A stretch of DNA of 64,000 nt from Cetorhinus maximus (taxonomy: Eukaryota): assembly GCF_964194155.1 (NCBI RefSeq), contig NC_135894.1, positions 71,982,001 to 72,046,000 of the forward strand, written 5' to 3'. Below, piece by piece: positions 1-12,420 of this stretch. The notes under the pieces are model-generated. The model ran no database searches. It saw nothing but the letters and a program-made list of their open reading frames with translations, and was not told the origin of the DNA. A program made the translations under genes and the position numbers. Numbering within the stretch: position 1 is the stretch's first letter; the number at the start of each line of letters is the position of its first letter.

Positions 1-2964
1 TTGCCCTTTTAGGTGGTAGTGGTTATGGGTTTGGAAGGTGCTGTCGAAGGAGCCTTCGTCAATTCCTGCAGTGCACCTTGTAGATGGTACACACTGCTGC
101 TACTGTGCGTCGGTGGTGGAGGGAGTGAATTTTTGTGGATGTGGTGCTAATTAAGTGGACTGCTTGTCCTGGATGGTGTCCAGCTTCTTCAGTGTTGTAG
201 GAGCTGCACTCATCCACACAAGTGGGGAGTACTCCATCACATTCCTGACTTGTGCCTTGTAGATGGTGGACAGGCTTTGAGGAGTCGGGAGGTGAGTTAC
301 TCGTCGCATGATTCTTCGCCTCTGACCTGCTCTTGTAGCCACAGTGTTTATATGGCTAGTCCAGTTCAGTTTCTGGTCAATGGTAACCCCCAGGGTGTTG
401 ATAGTGGGGGAATTCTGTGATGGTAATGACATTGAACTTAAAGGGGCGATGGTTGGATTTTCTCTTGTTGGAGATGGTCATTGCCTGACACTTGTATGGC
501 GTGAATGTTACTTGCCACTTGTCAGCCCAAGCCTGGATATTGTCCAGGTCTTGCTGCATTTGGACATGGACTGCTTCAGTATCTGAGGATTCGTGAATGG
601 TGCTGAACATTGTGCAATCAAAAGCGAACATCCCCACTTCTGACCTTATGATGGAAGGAAGGTCATTGATGAAGCAGCTGAAGATGGTTGGGCCTAGGAC
701 ACTACCCTGAGGAACTCTTGCTGTGATGTCCTGAAGCTGAGATGACTGACCTCCAACAACCACAACCATCTTCCTTTGTGCTAGGAATGGCTCCAACCAG
801 TGGAGAGTTTTCTTCCTGATCCCCATTGACTCCAGTTTTGCTAGGGCTCCTTGATGCCACACTCGGGCAAGTGCTGCCTTGATGTCACCTCTTGAGTTCA
901 GCTCTTTTGTGCATGTTTGAACTAAGGCTGTAATGAGGTCAGGAGCTGAGCGACCCTGAAGGAACCCAAACTGGGCATCAGTGAGTAAGTTATTGCTAAG
1001 CAAGTGCTGTTTGATAACACTGTTGATGACCCCTTCCATTACTTTACTGATGACCAGGAGTAGACTGATGGGGGCGGTAATTGGCTGGGTTGGATTTCTC
1101 CTGCTTTTTGTGTACAGGACATACCTGGGCAATTTTCCACATAGCCGGGTAGATGCCAGTGTTATAGCTGTACTGGAACAGCTTGGCTAGGGACACAGCA
1201 TGTTCTGGAGCACAAGTCTTTAGTACTATTGCCGGAATATTGTCAGGGCCCATAGCCTTTGCAGTGTCCAGTACCTTCAGCTGTTTCTTGATATCACCCG
1301 GAGTGATTCGAATTGGCTGAAGACTGGCATCTGTGATGCTGGGACCTCCGGAGGAGGCAGAGATGCATCATCCACGCGGCACTTCTGGCTGAAGATTGTT
1401 GTGAATGCTTCAGCCTTATCTTTTGCACTGCTGTGCTGGGCTCCTCCATCATTGAGGATGGGGATATTTGAGGAGTCTCCTCCTCCAGTGAGTTGTTTAA
1501 TTGTCCACCACCATTCACGACTGGATGTGGCATGATTGCAGAGCTTAGATCTGATCCATTGGTTGTGGGATCGCTTAGCTCTGTCTGTTACTTGCTGCTT
1601 ATGCTGTTTGGCATGCAAGTAGTCCTGTTTTATAGCTTCACCAAGTTGGCACCTAATTTTTAGGTATGCCTGGTGCTGCTCATGGCATACGCTCCTGCAC
1701 TCTTCATTGAACTAGGGTTGACCCCGTGGCTTGATGGTAATGGTAGAGTGGGGGATATGCCAGGGCATGAGATTACAAATTGTGATCGAGTACAATTCTT
1801 CTGCTGCTGATGGCCCACAGTGCCTCATGGATGCCCAGTTTTAAGTTGCTAGATCTGTTCGAAATCTATCCCATTTAGCACGATGGTAGTGCCACACAAC
1901 ATGATGGAGGGTATCCCCAATATGAAGGCGGGACTTCGTCTCCACAATGACTGTGCGGTGGTCACTCCTATCGATACTGCCATGAACAGATGCATCTGTG
2001 GCAGGCAGTTTGGTGAGGATGAGGTCAAGTATATTTTTCCCTCTTGTTGGTTCCCTCATCACCTGCCGCAGACCCAGTCTAGCAGCTGTCATTTAGGATT
2101 CGGCCACCTTGGTCAGTAGCGGTGCTACTGAGCCACTCTTAGTGATGGACATTGATGTCCCCAACCCAGAGTACATCCTGTGCCCTTGTCACCCTCAGTG
2201 CTTCCTCCAAATGATGGAGGAGCACTGATTCATCAGCTGAGGGAGGGCGGTAGGTTTCCTTGTCCATTTTTGACCTGATGCCATGAGACTTCATGGGATC
2301 TGGAGCGGATGCTGAGGACTCCCATGGCAACTCCCTCCCGACTGTACACCACTGTGCTACCACCTCTGCTGGGTCTGTCCTGCCGGTGGGACAGGACATA
2401 TCCAGGGATGCTGGTGGTTGAGCCTGGGACATTATCTGTAAGGTATGGTTCTGTGAAGATGACCATGTCAGGCTGTTGCTTGACTAGTCTGTGAGACAGC
2501 TCTCCCAATTTTGGCATGTTAGTAAGGAGAACTTTGCAGGGTCGACAGGGCTGCGATTGCCGTTGCCGTTTCCAGTGCCTAGGTCGATGCCGGGTGGTCC
2601 GTCTGGTCTCATTCCTTTTTTGTGCCTTTGTAGCACAAAGGTTTGTTACAACTGAGTGGCTTGCTCGGCCATTTCAGTGGGCACTATGAGTCAACCACAT
2701 TGCTGTGGGTCTGGAGTCACATGTAGGCCAGACCAGGTAAGGACGACAGATTTCCTTCTCTGAAGGACATTAGTGAACCAAATGGGTTTTTAACAGCAAT
2801 CGACAATGGTTTCATGGTCATCGTTGGACTTTTAATTCCAGATTTTTATTGAATTCAAATTTCACCATCTGCTGTGGTGGGGTTCGAGCCCAGGTCCCCA
2901 GAGCATTATCCTGGGTCTCTGGATTACTCGTCCAGCAACAATACCACTATGCCATCACCTCCCC
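1..2964 (-). mobile_element. CR1-group LINE, family A: near full length, tRNA-like 5' head plus frameshifted APE-RT ORF; 3' end runs off the window
   Basis: Minus-strand fragments in order: APE (PKLGELSHRLVKQQPDMVIFTE; WVGDINVHH; NILDLILT; SDHRTV), linker (GPDNIPAIVLKTCAPE), RT (NYRP; QFGF; VPQGSVLGP; FAFD in place of FADD) and C-terminus (LGVTIDQKLNW; MEYSPLVW). Many frameshifts and stops. Confidence 0.93.
2865..2964 (-). promoter_or_regulatory. tRNA-derived head with Pol III type-2 A and B boxes at the 5' end of LINE family A
   Basis: On the minus strand: A-box TGGCATAGTGG (2954-2944), anticodon-like arm CTGGA-CGAGTAA-TCCAG, B-box GGCTCGAACCC (2890-2880). Confidence 0.8.
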
Positions 2965-5730
2965 ATTTGCCTCGCAAATCAAACGGGGGCAGTTAACCTC
3001 ATCTGTATCTATGCTTCAAAGCTGTGCTCCATAACAGAGGCAAAAGACCAGTTCTATGAGGAGCTTGACTCTTCTATCATCAGAATCCCTGAGTCAGAAC
3101 ATTTTTACCTACTTGGGGATTTCACTGCAAGAGTGGGTACAGACCACAAGGCATGGCCCTCCTGCCTTAGACATGATGGCCTGGGAAAGATATGAGAACA
3201 GACAGAGACTACTTAAGCTTTGATGCTACCACGAGTTTTGTGTAACTAACACCTTCTTTCAGACCAAACCATGCCACAAGGTGTCCTGGAGACATCCAAG
3301 ATCTGGGCATTGGCACCAGCTGGATCTGATCAACACCAGACATGACTCTCTGGGCAGCATTCTCAACACACACAGCTACCACAGTGCTGACTGTGATACA
3401 GATCACTCCCTGTGTGCACTAGGCTGAGGATACAATTCTTGAAGTTTTTAAATTCCAAACAGAAATGCTGTACTCATATTTCACCATCAGCTGTACTGTA
3501 TACCCAGATAAAAACCAACAGATCCTCGACTCGATTTAACAGGCACTGTCTGGCAGTCTAACTGTGCCGAAGCAAAATTGAACATACTTTGAGACACCAT
3601 CTATAATATTGCATTCTCAACATATGGGAAGCAAGAGCAGAAAAATGCTGCATGGTTCGAGGCTAATGTCACCATGATGGAACCTGTCATTGAAGCCAAG
3701 CAGTCCGCTCTCATTAATCACAAGAGATAATCCGAGTGGGAAGACTCTGAATACACTAAGAGCCACTTGAAGTAAAGTCCAATAGACTGCTAGGCAGTGC
3801 GCCAATGACTACTGGTTACAACTTTGCTAGAATATCAGATGCCCTTCGACACAGGGAATGCTAGGGGCAAATGTGTAGGGATCAAAAAGACAACAGATTT
3901 ATCAGCAAAGAAAACAGTTTCAACAAAGAAAACAGAGGCAGGGGAGGTCATTACCGGCTGCAATAAATAGTTGGAGAGATGGGTGGAACACTGCCTTCCC
4001 CTAAGGGAGAACACTGTCACCAAGGAAGCTCGAGGCACCATAGAAAGCCTGCCTGTCATGGCAGAGCTGGATATTGAACTCAGTGGAGGGACTTGGCAAA
4101 GCTATTGTCTTGCTTGTCATCTACATGAACTGCAGATGCTTATCTGCCTCTGCTGGAGGGAGGGGGCAGTGTCCCAGGATATGCATGATGCCAAGATAGT
4201 GACTCTGTACAAGAACAAGGGCAACTGCAATGATTGGAACAACTAACAAGGTATCTCCCTGCTGAGCGTCATGACAAAAGTATTTGCCCGTGTTGTCCTT
4301 ATCAGACTGTAGATATTAGCTGAACACATCTGCCTCAAATCCCAGTGTGGTTTCAGAACTGGAACATCTACAATTGATCTTCAGGCCAACAAATGCAAGA
4401 AAAATGGTGAGCACAAGAACCACTTGCCTTCATTAATCTCACCAAGGCATTCAACCATGTATCAGAGGCGGTTTATTTAAGCTGCTGGAGAAAATTGGCT
4501 GCCCGCTGAAGCTGCTCATTGTGACTTCCTCTTTCCATGACAACAGGATGGGCAAGGGTCAACTATGACTGGGCAACATGGGAACCATTCAAGATCTGCA
4601 GTGGGGGCAGACATATGTGTTCTGGCACTGACACACGTTTTGGCATATTCTTCACTTTGCTATCATATGCCTTCAGGTTATCTGTAGAGATAATTTCCAG
4701 ACCTTATGTGAAACTATTCAGCCTTGCTTGCCTGAGATCCAAGACAAAGGCGCGCCAAGCCCTCATCAGAAAGTTGCATTACATTGACAACATCACATTA
4801 ATATTCCATATTGAGGAACACCTTTAGTGGCAAATGGACACTGTTTCTCGTGCCTGTAAAGAGTTTAGTTTGACTAGCTTCAGGAAGACAAATGTCGTGC
4901 TCCAGGATGTTGCCAAACTGCCATCTGTCAGCATTGACTATGTAATGCTTAGGATTGTTGTTAGCTTCACATATGGAGGCTTCACAATCACCAGCAATCT
5001 TTTACTTGATGCTGAAATCCACATACACATTGCAAAAGCTGTAGCTGTTATGTCTAATCTGCATAAGAGGTTGTGGAACAACAACCTGACTGAGAACACC
5101 AAACTGCGAGTCTACCAAGCCTGTGTCCTTGGCACACTTATCTACAGCGGTGAGACCTGAACAACATATGCTAGTCATGACAAAAGGCTGAACTGTTTCC
5201 ACCTTTGCTAACTCAGACCTATCCTTGGCATTTCTTGGTAGGACAAGGCTACCAACTGAGGTCCTGGAGCATACAAATTCCATCAGCTCACACTCATATT
5301 ACTCAACCAACAACGTCTGCATTGGCTCAGCTGCGTTCATGGGATGGATGATGGCCGTATAACCAAAGACAATTCTGTACAGTGAACTGGCCACTGGGTC
5401 ACTGGACGACCATGCCTCGCCTACAAGGACACATGCAAGCGAGATATGAAGATGGTGAATATTGACACTGATACTGGGAAACTGTCACTGGAGGCTGATG
5501 ATTTGGAAGGGCATTGGAAGAAGCAAGCAGAAACAAATAGCTGGCCAAGAAGAGGGTCCAGAGAAAACATAGGCCAGCGAATCGTGCACCTTCCCAATCC
5601 ACACTCTTCATATGCAGTGGAGACTGTCATGCCGGAGTGGGGCTCCTGAGCCACACCAGGTGATGCTCAACACAGAGTTGATGACCACAGCGCAAACCAT
5701 AGCATTACAAGATGGAAGACCTGCCTGATT
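2965..5730 (+). mobile_element. RTE-clade LINE, decayed, starting mid-endonuclease
   Basis: LLGDFTARVG (~3108), TFFQTKPCHKVSWRHPRSGHWHQLDLI (~3251), DMHDAKIVTLYKNKG, SQCGFR, TKLRVYQACVLGTLIYSGET, and an RLHWL..VH-MDDGRI-like C-terminus; many stops. Confidence 0.9.
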
Positions 5731-5869
5731 GAAAGTGAACATTTCTGTGCCGTTGGCCTTTTGTTTGTGAACGAAAGTGTTTTGTTTGAGGTGGGAGTGT
5801 TTAGGAGGAAACTTTGTGAATGTTTTGCAAAAGCATCCAGCTTATACTTATAGGCAGAATTTTTTTTAA

Positions 5870-6235
5870 AATTCTTTCATGGGATGTAGGCGTTGCTGGC
5901 AAGGCCAGCATTTGTTGCCCTGGAGCAGAGTGGCTTGCTAGGCCATTTCAGAGGGCAGTTAAGAGTCAACCACATTATTGTGGTCCTGGAGTGACATGTA
6001 GGCCAGAACCGGTAAGGATGGCAGATTTCCTTCCCTAAAGGACATTAGTCAATCAGGTGAATTTTTATGACAATCAATGATAGTTTCATGGTCATCATTA
6101 CTGAGACTAGATTTCAATTCCAGGCTTTATTAATTGAATTTAAATTCCACTAGTTACCATGCTGGGATTTGAGCATCAACCTGAGCCTCTGGATTACTAG
6201 CCCAGTGACATTATTACTATTGCCACCATCTCCCT
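5870..6235 (-). mobile_element. SINE-like non-autonomous derivative of family A (head plus last ~50 bp of tail)
   Basis: 5928-6235 aligns with the head at 2654-2964; 5870-5920 matches the family A 3' tail (compare 22600-22660). Confidence 0.85.
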
Positions 6236-6339
6236 GGTCTACAGCCAGTTTACTGGAAAGCTAATGAACATGCAGTTCTTCAATTTCTGATTCTATCAAC
6301 ATAACGTTAATGTATTGTGAACACACGTGAAAGGATTTT

Positions 6340-7075
6340 TAAATTCATTGTACAGGATGTGTGTGTCGCCAGCTAGGCCAGCATTTATTGCCCATCACCT
6401 TCTCAAGGGCAATTAGGGGTGGTGAGCTGCCTTCTTGAACCGCTGCAGTGTAGGTGCTGTTAGGGAGGGAGTTCCAGGATTTTGACCGAGTGACAGTAAA
6501 GGAACGGCATCATGACGATGAGTGGCTTGGAGGGCAACTTCCAGGTGGTAGTATTCCCATCTGTCTGCTGCCCTTGTCCTTCTAGATGATAGTGGTTGTG
6601 CGTTTGTAAGGTGCTGCCTAAGGAGCCTTGGTGAGTTTTTGCAGTGCGTCTTGTAGATGGTACACACTGCTGCCACTGTTTGTCGTTAGTGGAGGGAGTG
6701 AATGTTTGTGGAAGTGGTGCCAATCAAGCGGGCTGCTTTGTCCTGGATGGTGTCAAGCTCCTTGCGTGTTGTGGGAGCTGCACTCATCCAGGCAAGTGAA
6801 GAGTATTCCACCACACTCCTGACTTGCGCCTTGTGGACAGGCTTTGTGGAGTCAAAGAACAAAGAAGAACAAAGAAAAGTACAGCACAGGAACAGGCCCT
6901 TCGGCCCTCCAAGCCTGCGCCGATCATATTGCCCGTCAACTAAAACATTTTGAAAGAACAAAGAAAAGTCAGGAGGTGAGTTACTTGCCACAGGATTCCC
7001 AGCCCCCCGACCTGCTCTTGTAGCCACTGTATTTATATGGCTAGTCCAGTTCAGTTTCTGGTCAATAGTAACCCA
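6340..7075 (-). mobile_element. Family A LINE, 5'-truncated 3' fragment
   Basis: VEYSSLAWMSAAPTT..LDTIQDKAARLIG, followed by the tail ending ..gtacaatgaat. Confidence 0.9.
6855..6966 (-). mobile_element. Short CR1 family B (HER1/HE1-like) 3' tail nested in the family A copy
   Basis: Tail ggagggccgaagggcctgttcctgtgctgtac plus ttctttg repeats on the minus strand; AGTCA duplicated at 6850-6854 and 6967-6971. Confidence 0.8.
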
Positions 7076-9894
7076 CGCTTAATGGATCAAAATTCTGGTA
7101 GATTTTGGATGAAATCGGAGGTTTAACTCGGCTCAGTTTTTTTCTTAAGTCTATACAGAACAAGCCTTTCTATTGAATTTATATTTGTACTGCAGAATTG
7201 TGTACTATAATTGTGTACTATAGAAAGAAACCTGTAAATGTCACCTAAATTTTGGGCACATGTCCGTAAATTACACATTGTAAACAGATCTGTGGAGCAG
7301 CGTTGACGCTGAGGTTATCTAAAGATGAACTCTGAAATCGAGTATTACTGGCTGACTGAAATTATACTGCATTCTAGCTGGCACAGTTCAACCATCCTGA
7401 GATGAACTGTTTGATCAAATTCATGTTAAATATTTTTTAAATCATCCTTAAATATAGAAAATCTGGAATAGTTACTCAAAGATGCTACTCCAAATTCTGA
7501 GGCATGTTTCACATTTACTGCTTTTTGGTGTACCTTTTAAATTAAATTCACCCAATGAATAGCTAATGAAAATTGACCGATTTAAGAACCTAGTAACTTC
7601 TAATCTTTTAAAAATTAGACTGGCTCTCGCATGCAATTTGTTTACATTTCAAAATCTAGTGTATGTAACAAACTTACATGCACTGGGCTAAATTTATTGA
7701 GATTGCCTCAGTAAGCTGATGTTAATTTTGGTTAACGTATACGATGTTCTTACTGTGTTTGTATACCAGTTCTGCTCCAAGTGGCTGATTGATTACAGTA
7801 GGATGGTCAAATGAATTTGCTGCACTCGATGTAAAAATATATTTTTAAATCATTTTCTATTGTGCTATTTTTGATTCTGTAGCTAGTGAAATTGGCCCAC
7901 CTTGTGTGTCTGTGTAACCCCCATCAGACTTCCACTGTTAATTGGCTATTGATCATGTGCTTTGACAGATTTCTTCAGTATTATTTGGTTGAGCAGATTA
8001 ATTTGTCTGTGATCAATGAACTATCTTTAAAAACTACGTGCAAACTTTATTTTACTGGAACTAGTCTGGTGCCTCAAAATTTTACGTAATATTTTTCCTC
8101 TGAAGTGGTCATCACCTCAGTCTGTGTTATGTTACATAGAATTACGTGGAGTATACAGCATAAAGGAACCATTTGGCCCAACTGCCCTACACAAGCCTGC
8201 TTCCTGCTTTCTTCATATTTTTCTATTCCTTTCTCCCTCGTGCTTACCCAGATTCCCTTTTAAATGTATACAACTTGTCAAAATCCATCTCCATGTTGCT
8301 GTGTGTTTCATCTAGATTTAACGTATACTTAAGGAATAGGTACTGATGACATAGGACTATAGGTTTGACTACAGTGAAAATGCATCTTTGAATACCAGTG
8401 GAAGAGTTTGGAAGCGTCTAGGTGTTGGCTCTCGTTGCCAGTGTGGTGAGATTTGTGAATTTAAAGTGGAATGAGAGTACGTTATGTAGCCGAACTTGAC
8501 AAAATTATATTCTCATTTACAAATGTGAGAGGAAGCTTACATTACATTTTATCCAGAGGCTTTTTGGTTTTGTTGAACAGCTTCAATTTTATGCTGATCT
8601 AAACCATAATAGGAGGAGTGGAGGAGGAGGAGGCTAATGATTTAATGCAGTTCTAATCTCTGATCAAACAAAATTCACTTAAAATAGGTCAACACTGTTG
8701 ATATATAAATTGATTTGTGGCAATTTTCTGTCCCATTTGGGTTTTTACATGGTCTAAGACCGACAGTAGTAAACCTGACTGTTGAGATGCAGAAAATGCA
8801 GTTGGATGGGAACCAGATATATTCTGTTAAGTGAATGGTATTAAAGCCCTAGCACATTTGGAAGCCACAGAAATTTAAACTCCAGTGCTTTTCTTAGTGG
8901 GAGAATAAATATTTTGGCTGATGAGAGATCCAGTGTCCTCTTTGGTCAGAATGGGTGTTGGTTTCTCATTTTTGGCTCCATGCCTCTTATAAAATGTCAC
9001 TTTGTCAAGATAGGAACTCAGTGCAGAGTTAAGCACTGAATCTTACGACTCTGGAAAGCACTATTGTGGTTTGTCCTATTACAGTTTTGCTCAGTATAAG
9101 TAAAGTGTGGAAATTTTGACAAGTGTTGGTTAAACAGTGTTGGTACAATATTACATGAATTCCTGTGGCATCATGAGATGTCTCAATGTTACATTGTGGG
9201 TTTCTATCTGTAACTGTGTTGTCACTTGGTGAAATCTTAAATGGAATATGTTAAGGTTGACTAATGTGACCTTTTGCTGTAAAATCATTTTGCTCTAATC
9301 TTATTGCTTTCTGGCAGAGCATCTTTCTGAAATGATTAGCTTTCATATCTGAAAAAATATGCATTTCTATTACTTTCTGTCCAATTTTTATTTAAAAAAT
9401 TCAATCAGTACCATTTCCCTTTATCAAAGTTTTTTTCGATGCTGAACTAACCCAAAACAAGAACAAAATAAATGAAATTTACTTGAGTGAATAATGCTGC
9501 CTTATTTATTTTGGGGCAGAAGAAAAAGGGGATCTCTTTATCGCGCTGTCACTTTCGTGCGTGCGCTCAGCCTCGCATACTCTCAGTCTGGCTTTACCCC
9601 GCATTATGTTGAGGGGTGTATCATGGGCTGTGGTGGTTCTTGTGTGGCTTGTCCTAGTGGCAGTTTTTCATGCATGAGCATGGTGTTTGCGTGGAGGCAT
9701 ATTATTTGTCGAAACAATAATTAAAGCCAAGCCTGTTGTAGCTCTTTTCTGATGACCACACATCGTATGTTTTTATCAGCGGTCTAATAATGAACAGGGA
9801 ATTGGGGAATGGACAACGTCTGCTTCTTTCCTTGGAGATGCCGAGACAAAATGAGATTAGCAAACTCTATTTAAAGCCAAGACCTTGCAGGTAG

Positions 9895-10215
9895 CAGGGA
9901 GATGTTGGTGTATGGTAATGTAGGCTAATGCTCCGGGGACAAATTCCACCATGGTAGCTGGCGGAATTAAAATTCAATTAATTAAAACATCTGGAATTGA
10001 AATCTAGTCTCAGTAATTGTAATCATAAAAACTATCATCAATTGTCGTAAAAACACATATGATTCACTAATGTCCTTTAGGGAAGGAAATCTGCCATCTT
10101 TACCTGGTCTGGACTACATATGATTCCAGACTAATAGCAATGTGGTTGACTCTTAATTGCTTTTAAGAGCAGGGCCTTGCCAGTGACACCCACACCCCAT
10201 GAATGAATAATAAAA
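9895..10215 (+). mobile_element. SINE-like derivative of family A (deleted head plus tail)
   Basis: Shares ttcactaatgtcctttagggaaggaaatctgcc..caatgtggttgactc with the other heads; ends cacaccccatgaatgaataataaaa. Confidence 0.85.
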
Positions 10216-10724
10216 CAAGACTGCTATTGTGATATACCATGGGCTATTTACTGAGCTATGGAGACAATGTTTTACAGCTGCTTTCTAAAAGGGTGAAATA
10301 TTGCACCAATGCTGAGTTAGAAATATTCAAAATTTGTTTGTACAGCTGTTAAAATATTGCATGTATAGCTGCAATAATGGGACACCAGAGAACACAATTA
10401 AGTAGGAATATTTCCTGGAAATGTAACATTTGCTTACAATAAATTTAGACTTTGTTCTGTTGACCAGTTCTGATTGTATGTTATGATCACAACTGGAGAG
10501 GAAATTCTAATGATTCCTTTGAGTTTTGAATATGGAAATACTTTTGTGTTGCATCTAGCAGTATTCTTGGCAAGGCTATTCAATTCAGAATTGAGAGAAA
10601 TGGTATCAAATACTGAATTTACACAAATACACGTAGCAGAAGTGAAAAGTAAATGAGTTAAAACACAAGTTCAGCTTAAAACATAAGATATAGTAGTCAT
10701 TACAGAGTATTGACTAAAATCTGG

Positions 10725-11413
10725 GTATCCTGGAGTTACCATTGACCAGAAACTGAACTGGACCAGCCATATAAATACTGTGGCTGTAAGAGCAGGTCAG
10801 AACCTAGGAACTCTGCATAGAATAACTCACCACCTGACTTCCTAAAGCCTGTCCACCATCTACAAGGCACAAGTCTGGAGTGTGATGAAATATTTTCCAC
10901 TTGCCTGGATGAGTGCAGCTCCCAACATCAAGAAGCTAGACACCACCCAGGATAAAGCAACCTGCTTGATTGGTACCACTTCCATCACCTTAAACATTCA
11001 CTGCATCCACCACTGTTACACAGTGGCAGCAGAGTTAAGCACTGAATCTTATGACTCTACATCTACAAAACGCACTGCAGCAACTCACCAAGGCTCCTTT
11101 GACAGCCTCTTCCAAACTTGCGATCTCTACCACCTAAAAGGAAAAGGACAATAGATGCATGGGAACCCCACCACCTGGAAGTTCTCCTTCAAGTCTCACA
11201 GCATCCTGACTTGGAAATATATCGCCATTCCTTCACTGTTGCTGGGTCAAAATCCTGGAACTCCTTCCCTAACAGCACTGTGGATGTATCTACACCACAG
11301 GGACTGCAGTGGCTCAAGAAGGCAGCTCACCACCACCTTCTCAAGGCCAATTAGGGATGGACAATAAATGCTGGCCTAGCCAACGACGCTCACATCCCAT
11401 AAATGAATAAAAA
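10725..11413 (+). mobile_element. Family A LINE, 5'-truncated 3' fragment
   Basis: gttaccattgaccagaaactgaactgg; MKYFPLAWMSAAP..KKLDTTQDKA; tail cacatcccataaatgaataaaaaa. Confidence 0.9.
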
Positions 11414-11417
11414 ACAA

Positions 11418-11660
11418 TTCTGGCAGGATGTAACCAGTGGCTTTACTCAGCAATCTGTACTGGGGTTTCAGCTTTTCACCTTGTCCAAGACTTAGATGAA
11501 GGAAGAGAAAGTTTATATTCAAGTTTGCAGATTATTCTAAGTTTGGAATCACAGCTAGTTGTTGCAGGTGCAGAAAATTACTAAGGGACATAGCATAAGC
11601 GAGTGGGCAAAGCTGTGGGCAAAGGAGTTTAATGTGGGGAAGCATGTGGTCCTCCACTTT
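11418..11660 (+). mobile_element. CR1 family B RT fragment, old
   Basis: Degenerate VTSG.PQ.SVLG and KFAD.. codons; resembles 42480-42735. Confidence 0.65.
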
Positions 11661-12254
11661 TTGATGAAACCCAGTGTTCCTGTTATGTGGTGTTTATAGA
11701 AACTGGGGGAGAAGCTTCATTTTCCCCCTCCCTTGAAAATAACTAATTCCAAGGGTGATAAGGCCACGCATCTTATGAAACTAGATCGCTTTCTATTGAA
11801 AATATTGGCAGTTTAGCATAACATCTGAAATAAAAGCATTATCATTGCACTCAAGATCAAAAACTTGCCTAAACTGAGCTAGTTGCCACGGAAACCGCGT
11901 TTCTACTATCAATACTTACCTGAAACTATACATTGCATGAAGCTGGGCTTGAGCCTTCTGCTCTTGCATAAAGTAAGTTACATTGCTGAGAAACTGGACA
12001 TAATGGCTCAAGATTATCTTTGATTAGCATATTTCAATTCTACATGAAATAAGAAAACCTTATTTGTAAGATGATGGTTGTTTGTGCACTGCCCTTTCTT
12101 GCTTTCTGTTAAAGGCAGTAATTTGTGCGAGGATACAATTCTGTGTTGGGTGACACCCTGTATTTCACCCGATTGATCACGAAACATTGTAAGCCAGCAC
12201 AGCACAAGCAGCCAGGCTGTTTGATTGTGGAGAACACTAAGCAAATTCTAATCT

Positions 12255-12420
12255 TTCCTTACTTATTCAACATTGATACATATTCACTTTTAATAAAACT
12301 TTTTGGATTGATCAGGAACAGCAATTCCAGCTAATTTTCTTTATCTCACTTCCCTCACTTTATGGTGCTGTAGCCGATTGTGCTGCCCTGGCTGATATTG
12401 GCTAATTTAGCACATACTAA
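12255..12420 (-). mobile_element. LF-SINE-like fragment
   Basis: gatcaggaacagcaattccagctaatttt..ccctggctgatattggctaatttagcaca resembles the recalled LF-SINE core (reverse complement). Confidence 0.5.

Noticed and set aside
377-1132. 251-aa RT ORF as a functional reverse transcriptase, retron or group II intron
   Set aside because: LINE-type RT with the catalytic motif mutated (FAFD), an internal deletion and flanking frameshifts; eukaryotic context.
2865-2964. Genuine tRNA gene
   Set aside because: Has an insertion in the variable region, a poor acceptor stem, and continues into repeat body in several copies. The same applies to the DeuSINE heads.
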